The position numbers and the translations under genes are program-made. A DNA stretch of 64,000 bases from the NCBI GenBank assembly GCA_963833095.1, contig CAWHWQ010000001.1, positions 832,001-896,000 of the forward strand, given 5' to 3'. This DNA comes from Vulcanimicrobiota bacterium. Its GTDB lineage: Bacteria > Vulcanimicrobiota > Vulcanimicrobiia > Vulcanimicrobiales > Vulcanimicrobiaceae. The notes under the pieces were generated by a model that worked only from the letters and a program-made list of their open reading frames with translations, did no database searches and had not been told where the DNA came from. Of the stretch, positions 50,932 to 64,000 are shown piece by piece (the stretch's first letter is position 1; every line of letters starts with the position of its first letter).

Positions 50932-51836
50932 GAGCCGCTGCAATTACGCTCGCCGTCATCGGCGCGACGTTTCTGATCGTTCCGCATATCTACGGCAACC
51001 GGACGCTGCTTTTTTCGATGATGACCTTCATCGTGCTGGCGCAAGGGCTCAATTTGCTCTACGGATTCACCGGCTATCTACCGTTCGGATACGTCGGTTT
51101 TTTCGGCACGGGCGCCTACACGACATCGCTGCTGGTGTTGCACACGCACCTTCCGGTGCTGCTCTGCGTCGTCGGCGGCGGCGCCGGCGCATGCGTCATT
51201 GCAATGATCCTCGGCCCACTCTTGCGCCTGAGCGGCGCCTACTTCTCGATCGCCAATCTCGCGGCTTCGCAGATCATTTACAACGTGGTCTCCAACCAGG
51301 ACCTCTCGAAGATTACCGGCGGCCCCTACGGCCTCAAGATCGATCAAGTCTACGACCCCGGCGCAAGTTACTACACGATGCTCGTAATCTTGCTGCTCGC
51401 GACGGGCCTGGCAGCCTACTTCCGTATCTCGCGTTTCGGCATGGCGCTGCGCGCGATGAATGCAGATCCGACGAGCGCGGCAATGGCGGGCATCGACGTC
51501 GTGCGAACGCGGTTGATCGTGTGGCTGATCTCGGCTGCAGTCGCCGGACTTGCCGGAGGCGCGTACGCCTGGAACCTTTCGGTCTTTTATCCCGATGCGG
51601 TCTTCGCGCTGCAGATATCCGTGTTTGCCATCGTGTTCGCGCTCTTCGGCGGCGTCGGGACGGTCGTGGGCCCGGTGATCGGCGCGATCGCGCTCTACGC
51701 GTTGTACAATGGCGTCGGCATCTCGGCACCACAGTATTTTGAGTTCATCTATGGATTCCTGATCGTCGTCCTCGTGCTGTTCCTACCCAACGGCCTCATG
51801 TCGCTGCTCGCTCGGCGAGGTATACGTGTCCTCTGA
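50928..51836 (+). CDS. Liv-type ABC permease (LivM-like)
   Basis: NLLYGFTGY, LSGAYF, TGG..G, FGGVGT. Confidence 0.92.
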   Translation: MRAAAITLAVIGATFLIVPHIYGNRTLLFSMMTFIVLAQGLNLLYGFTGYLPFGYVGFFGTGAYTTSLLVLHTHLPVLLCVVGGGAGACVIAMILGPLLRLSGAYFSIANLAASQIIYNVVSNQDLSKITGGPYGLKIDQVYDPGASYYTMLVILLLATGLAAYFRISRFGMALRAMNADPTSAAMAGIDVVRTRLIVWLISAAVAGLAGGAYAWNLSVFYPDAVFALQISVFAIVFALFGGVGTVVGPVIGAIALYALYNGVGISAPQYFEFIYGFLIVVLVLFLPNGLMSLLARRGIRVL

Positions 51837-52533
51837 ACCTCTCCTGGCGCTGGACGGAATTGCCAAACGATTCGGCGGACTCGTTGCGCTCGATCGTGTA
51901 AGCTTCAGCGTTGAGCCAAGCGAGATCGTCGGCCTTGTGGGACCGAACGGTTCGGGTAAGACCACAGCGATCAATGTGATCTCCGGCATCTACCAAGCTG
52001 ATTCAGGGAGCTTACGTTTTGCGGGGCAGCGAATCGATCGCGTGCCGGCATTTCGACGGGTACCGCTCGGCATTAACCGTACCTTTCAGGTGCCAAAGCC
52101 CTTCGCCGACATGAGCGTACGCGAGAATGTGGCAGTGGCCGCGTATTTCGGCGCGCACGTGCCGGCGGACATCGATGCCGTGCTCGCCGAGATCGATCTG
52201 GGCAGCCACGCCGACGTGCTCGCCTCGCAGCTCACGGTCAATCAGCAAAAGCGGCTCGATCTCGGACGCGCGCTGGCGACACAGCCCAAGCTGCTGCTGA
52301 TCGATGAGATCGGCGCCGGACTCAATCCAGGCGAACTCGGCGTGGTCGCCGATTTGCTGCTGCGGCTCGCTAAGCGCGGCATCGCGCTCATCGTGGTCGA
52401 GCACGTCCTTGATTTTCTCAATCGCATCACGGATCGCGTCATCGTGCTCAGCGCCGGGCGCATGCTTTTCGAAGGGCCGCTCGAAGACGCATCGCGCAAT
52501 CCCGACGTCGTTGCCGCGTTCATCGGAGGTTGA
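51826..52533 (+). CDS. Liv-type ABC ATP-binding subunit (LivG-like)
   Basis: FGGLVAL, GPNGSGKTT, IDEIGAGL. Confidence 0.92.
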   Translation: MSSEPLLALDGIAKRFGGLVALDRVSFSVEPSEIVGLVGPNGSGKTTAINVISGIYQADSGSLRFAGQRIDRVPAFRRVPLGINRTFQVPKPFADMSVRENVAVAAYFGAHVPADIDAVLAEIDLGSHADVLASQLTVNQQKRLDLGRALATQPKLLLIDEIGAGLNPGELGVVADLLLRLAKRGIALIVVEHVLDFLNRITDRVIVLSAGRMLFEGPLEDASRNPDVVAAFIGG

Positions 52534-53237
52534 CGATGGCGTTGCTCGAGGTTACTGGAATCGAATCCGGTTATGGTGCGATGAAGATTCTTTGGGGTAT
52601 GGATCTCGCGGTGCAGCCGGGCGAAACGGTCCTGCTCTTGGGAGCCAATAGCGCCGGCAAGTCGACGCTGCTGCGAACGATCATCGGTCTCTTGCCCGCG
52701 TGGAGCGGCGCGATTCGCTTCGAGGACGAGCCGATCGAACATCTCTCGCCGGACCAACGTATACGTCGCGGCATTGCGTACATGTCGGAGCAAGGTGTCT
52801 TTGCAACGCTGACGATCGAAGAAAACATCCGGCTCGGCGGGTACTTCTTGAGCGGGGCTGAGGTGCGGCGGCGCAGCGTAAAGCTCTTCGAACTCTTTCC
52901 CGACTTGGCCAAGAAACGGCGCGATGTGGCCGCGTCTCTTTCCGGCGGCCAGCGCAAGATGCTCGGAATCGCAAAGGTGCTGGTTTCCGAGCCGAAGCTG
53001 CTGCTGATGGACGAGCCCTCCTCCGGTCTTGCACCGGTTTTTGTGAAACAAGTCGTCGACGTGCTACGCACCGCGATCGGCGAAGGTACGGCCCTCCTTA
53101 TCGCCGAGCAAAATGTCGCGTTCTTGCCGCTGGCGGATCGCGGTTATCTCATCGACGGCGGGCGCGTGCGGCTCTCGGGAACGCGTGAACAGCTCGAATC
53201 GAGCGGCGCGGTGCGGGAAGCGTATTTCGGTCTTTAG
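52530..53237 (+). CDS. Liv-type ABC ATP-binding subunit (LivF-like)
   Basis: GANSAGKST, LSGGQRKM, DEPSSGLAP. Confidence 0.92.
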   Translation: MTMALLEVTGIESGYGAMKILWGMDLAVQPGETVLLLGANSAGKSTLLRTIIGLLPAWSGAIRFEDEPIEHLSPDQRIRRGIAYMSEQGVFATLTIEENIRLGGYFLSGAEVRRRSVKLFELFPDLAKKRRDVAASLSGGQRKMLGIAKVLVSEPKLLLMDEPSSGLAPVFVKQVVDVLRTAIGEGTALLIAEQNVAFLPLADRGYLIDGGRVRLSGTREQLESSGAVREAYFGL

Positions 53238-54721
53238 ACCGTAAATGCGAGCGTAAGCAGCGTACGTTCGGACGTGGAGGATACTTCCACGTGCTTCGCG
53301 CAGGCGCGCATGATCGCGATGCCCCGGCCACGATCCTCATGCGAGGGCGAACTGCGCCAGTGCCCGTCGCTCTCGACGCGCACTACCACTCCGTCCTCGC
53401 TCGTAGAAAGCTCGACGCTGAACGTGGTCTCGGGCCCGCGCGCGCCATATTCGATCGCATTCGCGACGGCCTCTCCCGCCGCGAGGATCAAGTCGAACGC
53501 GCGCACGGGCGCTACGCCCCGGCGCTCTGCGTACGAGCGAATCGAATCTCGCGCGAGCCGGGCGGAACTCGGTAACGCGCTGAACGTGTAGCGCTCGAGC
53601 GGCGCGGCCTCATCGTCGTGCAGGCGCAGCACGAGCGTCGCACAGTCATCGAGATTCGCGGCATCGCCGATGATCTGCGCATGAAGATCCCTTGCACTGA
53701 TCAGATCGCGTTGCGCCAAATACTCGATCGCCGCGAGCAGACGCTCTTCGCCCGCAAGCAGATCGCGTTCGTGTTCGGTGAGGCCATCGGTATAAAAGAA
53801 ACACGACGCGCCCGGAGCTATCGTGATCGTCCGTTCGGGCGACGCGGCAGGTTGTCCAAGGCCGAGTAAAAGGCCGCCACCGGGAAGGAGGTAGGCATCG
53901 CCCTTTGCGGTTACCAGCACCGGCGGCGGATGCCCGGCGCACGCGTAGCGCAACACCCGCGTGGCAGGATCGAAAATGCCCACGATGGCCGATGCCACGC
54001 CGAGGCCCTGCGCACTCACCATCGTTTCAACGGCATTGATGAGCGCTGCCGGCGATCCGTGCATCGCGGCGGCGGCGCGAATCGCGCCGCGAATCTCGCT
54101 CATGGTTACAGCCGCTTCAAGTCCGTGCCCGGTCACGTCTCCGACCGAGATACCGATCTTTCCGTTCCCGGCTTCAAAAGCGTCATACCAATCGCCGCCG
54201 ACTTCGGCATCCCGGCTTGCGGGACGGTAGGCGGCGTCGAAGGCGAGGCCGTCAACTTGCACCAGCCGCTCCGGAAGCATGGCGCGCTGAAGCCGCTCCG
54301 AGACGCGGTGATGGAAGGAGAGCTGCGAGGCCTGCGCCATCGCGCTCGAGAGAATCGCGGAAACGGTCTGCGCGATCGCGGGCGTGACTTCGGTCAAGAG
54401 GTTCGATGCGCTCGTCCCGAGGATCACGCTGCCGATCGTCGTTCCTTCAACAACGAGTGGTTGATAGACCAAACGATCGATGCCGGCTTCGCGCGCACGT
54501 TCCGTGTAGAGATCGTCGAATGTCGCCTCGCGCAGAGCGGCAAATTCTCCCGGAACGCGCGTGAAAAAAGCGACCGGCCCGCCCGGTGAGCTGCGGACAT
54601 AAACGGCACACAGATCCGCCAACGCGTCGGCACAAAGCCGCGCGATGTGATCGACGATCAGGGGTTGCGGCGATGCAGACGAGCGAGGCCTGCTCTCGAT
54701 TGGGTCAAGGCCCTCGATCAT
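53234..54721 (-). CDS. GAF-like + SpoIIE/PP2C phosphatase + RsbW-like HATPase fusion
   Basis: LQRAMLP, VGGDWYD, GDVTGHG, AGHPPP, YTDGLTE, DDCATL; C-terminal GEAVANAIEYG, RGRGI. Confidence 0.9.
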   Translation of the reverse strand: MIEGLDPIESRPRSSASPQPLIVDHIARLCADALADLCAVYVRSSPGGPVAFFTRVPGEFAALREATFDDLYTERAREAGIDRLVYQPLVVEGTTIGSVILGTSASNLLTEVTPAIAQTVSAILSSAMAQASQLSFHHRVSERLQRAMLPERLVQVDGLAFDAAYRPASRDAEVGGDWYDAFEAGNGKIGISVGDVTGHGLEAAVTMSEIRGAIRAAAAMHGSPAALINAVETMVSAQGLGVASAIVGIFDPATRVLRYACAGHPPPVLVTAKGDAYLLPGGGLLLGLGQPAASPERTITIAPGASCFFYTDGLTEHERDLLAGEERLLAAIEYLAQRDLISARDLHAQIIGDAANLDDCATLVLRLHDDEAAPLERYTFSALPSSARLARDSIRSYAERRGVAPVRAFDLILAAGEAVANAIEYGARGPETTFSVELSTSEDGVVVRVESDGHWRSSPSHEDRGRGIAIMRACAKHVEVSSTSERTLLTLAFTV

Positions 54722-54754
54722 GGTCCCTCTTCAAACGAAGATGTTACGCTCATC

Positions 54755-54821
54755 CTGCCCGCTTTTGGGGTCCAATAAACTGGCTGGCGGTACGCTGTTT
54801 GGCCTGGCCCACAGCGGGTAA
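54755..54821. promoter_or_regulatory. Back-to-back SigB/SigF-type promoter candidates
   Basis: + strand GTTT-N15-GGGTAA (54797-54821); - strand GTTT-N16-GGGCAG (54780-54755). Confidence 0.55.
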
Positions 54822-54862
54822 GAGGTTTCTTACCAAGTAGCCATGGGGGCGATGCTTCGTTT

Positions 54863-60468
<5,606 letters not shown>

Positions 60469-60484
<16 letters not shown>

Positions 60485-61341
60485 CCACCGCCGGTTCCGT
60501 CGCGCCGGAACTGCATCTGCGGCGCGACGATCTCGCCGATATCGAGCTGCAGCTTCTGCTCGATGCGCTGTTGCGGTACGGAGCGGTTGATTTCCGTTGT
60601 GTCAGCCCAACCGTGCTCCGGCGCCGAGTCGCCGATGCGATGCGTTCGGAAGGCGTCGCGACGATATCGGGATTGCAGGAGCGGCTTCTTCACGATGAGC
60701 AGGCGTTTGCGTCATTCGTGATTTCGATCAAAGCCGCGACTTCCCAACCATTTGCGGATCCATCGTTCTTTCGCGCGTTTCTCGCAAACGTCGTGCCGCT
60801 GCTTCGCACCTATGCGTTCGTTCGCGTGTGGGTGCCGAGCGCCGGGCCCGGGGCTGATGCGTATGCGCTCGCCGCACTTCTTGACGAGGCCGGCCTACTC
60901 TCGCGCACGATTCTCTATGCGACCTTCATCAACGATCCATCGGTGGCCATTGCCAAAGCCGGTTCCTACAAGCACGCCGGACGTGCCGGCGTCGAAGCAT
61001 CCGCGCGCGCGGCCGGGTTGGAGTCGCCGCTCTCCCGTTACTTCGAAGTCGATGACGAGTTCGCGACGCCAAAAGAGGGCCTCCGGGAGAGCGTGATGTT
61101 CGCTCGGCACAATCCCGCCTCAGATGCGTCGATCAACGAATTCCATGCAATCGTCGCGCGCGGCTTTTTACCGCTGCTCAACGGCGTCGCGCAATTCAGG
61201 CTGCAGGCTTTGCTCTACGAGAGCCTCATGCATCTTGGGTTCCTGGGCCTCGGGAACGGGGAGGGCGTCGCGCACAGCGCCCATGAGAGCGCCTTCCGGC
61301 AGGTCGTCAACGACCAGCCGATTTTTCGTCGCCTTCACTAG
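60469..61341 (+). CDS. CheR-like protein with degenerate SAM-binding motifs
   Basis: [32 protein letters not shown]...D.S.NEFH.I, GFLGLG. Confidence 0.75.
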
Positions 61342-61408
61342 ATTTTGCGATTCTCGGCTCCCCCCGACGTGGCTTTGCCGTCATGCTTAGCCAAGGAGGA
61401 GCTCGAAA

Positions 61409-62083
61409 ATGAATCGTTTTAGTCTTTCACTACTTGGCAGCGTAGCGATCGCAGCGCTGTCGATCTCCGCGGCCCTCGCGGCCCCGCCGAACATCGCCGG
61501 GACCTGGAACATTCAGCAGACCGGAAACAACGGCACCACCACGACCACAATCATGCTGACGCAGTCGGGCGACGGAGTCGTCGGGAACAACGCCTCGACC
61601 GGAAACGGATTCACCGGCACGTTCGTGGCCGACGGCAAGATCAATGGCAAGTGGCATGGCCCAGGGGGCGCCGGTTGGCTCACGATCTACGTGAGCGAAA
61701 ACGGTCACAGCTTCAACGGCACCTGGGGCTACAACGGACGCCCGGCAAACGGGTCGTTTGTCGGAAATAAAGTTCTGCCGCCGTCGCCGATTACCGCCGC
61801 GGGGACGTGGCACATCAGCGGCGCCGGTGGTCCCAATGCGTTCATCGGATTGATGCGCTGCACGCAATCCGGACCATCGGTTCTCTGTCACGCGGGCGAC
61901 ATCGTGCTCAACGGCAAGTTCCGCGCGAAGGATAAGGTACGCGCAACCTGGACCGGCAGCAACGGAACCGGATGGTTCTCGTTCTGGTTCAACGGCGATA
62001 ACAACAGCTTCAACGGCGTCTGGGGGAGAGGCAAAGATACGACGCCCCCGGTCGGACGTGTGATCGGGCAACGCGCACTCTAA
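61409..62083 (+). CDS. Secreted protein with two Gly/Trp-rich beta repeats
   Basis: AGGAGG RBS, signal peptide; AGTW...G.W....G.GW......SFNG.WG occurs twice. Confidence 0.8.
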   Translation: MNRFSLSLLGSVAIAALSISAALAAPPNIAGTWNIQQTGNNGTTTTTIMLTQSGDGVVGNNASTGNGFTGTFVADGKINGKWHGPGGAGWLTIYVSENGHSFNGTWGYNGRPANGSFVGNKVLPPSPITAAGTWHISGAGGPNAFIGLMRCTQSGPSVLCHAGDIVLNGKFRAKDKVRATWTGSNGTGWFSFWFNGDNNSFNGVWGRGKDTTPPVGRVIGQRAL

Positions 62084-62104
62084 AATAAACCAGCCCACAA
62101 ACGA

Positions 62105-62143
62105 AAGCGGCGCACCTCCAATCGGAGATGCGCCGCTTATTTT
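62105..62143. terminator. Bidirectional intrinsic terminator
   Basis: aagcggcgca-cctcc-aatc-ggaga-tgcgccgctt-atttt between convergent genes. Confidence 0.7.
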
Positions 62144-62160
62144 GCGCCTGCCGCAGTAGG

Positions 62161-63360
62161 CTAGTAGTTGAAGAACAGACCCAAGCCGGCGAATGCCGCG
62201 CTATTGGTGTATCCAGGTGTCACTGAATTGGCTTTGGCGTTTCCACGGTTGCCTGCATAGCCAACGTCAATGAAGAGCGGCTTGAAGACCGACCACGTCA
62301 GCCCGACTTTGTAGGTTTGCAGCGAGTACTGCATCGAGAGCGATGACGCACCGCTGCCCGCATATGTGCCGCGGACGTTCGGGTAGTAGTAGAAACTACC
62401 GTAGTAGGAGATCGTGTTGTCGAGATCTGGGAGTTTTTCCGCGCCGATTCCGGCGCCGGTGAAGTTCGGATAGCCGTAGTTACCGGCGTTGAACTCCCAG
62501 GCGACGGCGACATACACACGCGGATTGAACACTTTGTATCCCAAGTGCAACTCGGTGTACGTGTCGCGCGCCGTGAAGCCCGGTACCGCCGTCGAGCCGT
62601 TGTTGCCCACGACCGTTACGTAACAATCGCTCGTCGGGATCGTGATGTTGATGCATCCGTGCGGATAGCGATACTGCGCGTAGTCGACACCGAACATGAA
62701 GTTGCTGTATTCGGCCGCGCCGCGTCCGAACCACGATCCAGTCGAGCGGTTTCCCGGGCTGAACTCGTTGTAGGTCTTGCCGCCGAAGAAATAGTCGCCG
62801 GCGATGAACGCCTCGTTTGCGGGTTTAGGAACCGGCGTGGGAGAGGGAGTTGGCGGCGGGGGCGGAGGCGCTGTCGGCGCAGCCGTTGGCGCGGGCGTGG
62901 GCGGAGGCGTCGCCGGGATATAGCGCACGACGACGATTTGACGATCCGGCACCCACTGGACGTACGCTCCCATGCCCTCGGAGATTACACGCACGGGGAC
63001 GACGATAACGCCCTGGTAGATTTCCGGCGGCACGTCTAACGGCCGTTTCTCGCCGTTGATCGTAACCTCCGGAACGCCGACGGTGACTTCCACGTCGGCG
63101 CCGGCTTTGGTGACGTGAACGGTCTTGCTGCCGGCGTCGTATGTTACCGTGGCACCGGTTTGCTCGAACATCGAGCGCAACGGAACCAGGATGGTGTCGC
63201 CCCGGACGAGAGCTGCGAGCACGCGTCCCTGCTTCAGCGTATCTGGGCTAGCATAGACGTGGTGATCGTTGAACAGGATGGGAATTTCTTGCGCTGGTGG
63301 ATCTGACTTCGACATCGACGCCTGTGCCGTCAGGACCGCGCTCAATACTATGTGAATCAT
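62161..63360 (-). CDS. Copper amine oxidase N-terminal (stalk) domain + Pro/Thr linker + probable beta-barrel
   Basis: ILVPLRSMFEQTGATVTYD, VPVRVISEGMGAYVQW; PPPTPAPT linker; amphipathic strands ending GLFFNY. Confidence 0.8.
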   Translation of the reverse strand: MIHIVLSAVLTAQASMSKSDPPAQEIPILFNDHHVYASPDTLKQGRVLAALVRGDTILVPLRSMFEQTGATVTYDAGSKTVHVTKAGADVEVTVGVPEVTINGEKRPLDVPPEIYQGVIVVPVRVISEGMGAYVQWVPDRQIVVVRYIPATPPPTPAPTAAPTAPPPPPPTPSPTPVPKPANEAFIAGDYFFGGKTYNEFSPGNRSTGSWFGRGAAEYSNFMFGVDYAQYRYPHGCINITIPTSDCYVTVVGNNGSTAVPGFTARDTYTELHLGYKVFNPRVYVAVAWEFNAGNYGYPNFTGAGIGAEKLPDLDNTISYYGSFYYYPNVRGTYAGSGASSLSMQYSLQTYKVGLTWSVFKPLFIDVGYAGNRGNAKANSVTPGYTNSAAFAGLGLFFNY

Positions 63361-63424
63361 TCCAGAGACCTTTTCAAGCAAACGCGCATACAGCGTCAGT
63401 GTACAGGATTGGAAAAGGCGAGAA

Positions 63425-63895
63425 TTACCCAGAATCGCGGAAAGGAGGCGTGCGCTTGGCAAGGTCTCGCTGGACGCGCGCATCGACCGCGCGGATCAGC
63501 GGCTCGACCGCAACATTCAGGATGATGATGGCTGCCGCGCCGGCCATTGCCTGACGGTAATAGCCGAACGCGCACAATGCCCCAACCGCGGCCGTTGCCC
63601 ACATGGTCGCTGCGGTATTGAGTCCGGTCACGTTGGCTCCCGAGCGGAGAATGGCGCCACCCGCGATGAAGCCGACACCGGTCACGATGCCGGCGACGAT
63701 GCGCGTCGTATCGCCGGCCCCGAGCGTTTCGTCGAGCAGCGCAAACATCGCCGCGCCGATCGAGACCAAACTGCTGGTATGCAACCCCGCGGCGCTGCGG
63801 CGCCATTGGCGCTCGAAACCAATCGCGATGCCCAAGAGCGCTGCGACACCGAGGCGGATAAAAAAGTCGAGGGCGGTGAGCTCTGGTTGTTTCAT
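63425..63895 (-). CDS. MgtC/SapB family membrane protein
   Basis: IGFERQ...AGLHT, RIVAGIVTGVGFIAGG, GLNTAATMW. Confidence 0.92.
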   Translation of the reverse strand: MKQPELTALDFFIRLGVAALLGIAIGFERQWRRSAAGLHTSSLVSIGAAMFALLDETLGAGDTTRIVAGIVTGVGFIAGGAILRSGANVTGLNTAATMWATAAVGALCAFGYYRQAMAGAAAIIILNVAVEPLIRAVDARVQRDLAKRTPPFRDSG

Positions 63896-64000
63896 AACGC
63901 CGGAAGCCCGACCAGCCGAACGATCCCGTAGATCAGCGCGATGATGCCGAGTCCGACGATAATCGCGTGGCGCGGAAAGATCATCTTGGTGCTCATGCCG
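63892..64000 (-). CDS. 3' end of an unidentified membrane protein (truncated by the window)
   Basis: Open hydrophobic frame ..HAIIVGLGIIALIYGIVRLVGLPAL* whose TGA overlaps the mgtC ATG. Confidence 0.5.
   Translation of the reverse strand, partial: GMSTKMIFPRHAIIVGLGIIALIYGIVRLVGLPAL

Overview
GC-rich (roughly 63-65% by eye) bacterial chromosome segment that is mostly housekeeping. Gene content and Firmicute-like synteny suggest a diderm Terrabacteria lineage such as Eremiobacterota/Vulcanimicrobiota (inference). Left part: mfd-prsA-mazG-kal, MATE, S4 protein-whiA-gap-pgk-tpiA-gpmI-PNP, an ECF sigma/anti-sigma/protein O-mannosyltransferase operon, a small flgF-flgG-flgJ-like-fliA cluster, lgt-yggS-sepF-divIVA-leuB-fabH, ccdA-lspA-rluA-tgt and DUF5693-csaB-ileS. 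Right part: tRNA-Val, RsbW-like protein, ctpA, copA, sua5, cysteine dioxygenase plus flavoprotein behind a Liv-type ABC transporter, a second divergent Liv-type ABC transporter, a PP2C-HATPase protein, a poly-HAMP hybrid kinase and a degenerate CheR. Dense frameshifts at about 7.1-12 kb and 26.4-27.4 kb are most likely assembly indel errors. I saw no CRISPR array, transposase or integrase. Best signals: (1) a palindromic REP-like family (TGTCATCCCGAGCGTAG...GTAGTCGAGGGA) that occurs intergenically, in frame inside ileS (with a relative inside pgk), and supplies the stop codons of both tgt and ileS; (2) an unassigned structured RNA with its own promoter and terminator upstream of DUF5693-csaB-ileS; (3) a GGA-hairpin leader before a 39-aa membrane peptide; (4) three SigB/SigF-type promoters in front of partner-switching and sensor genes.
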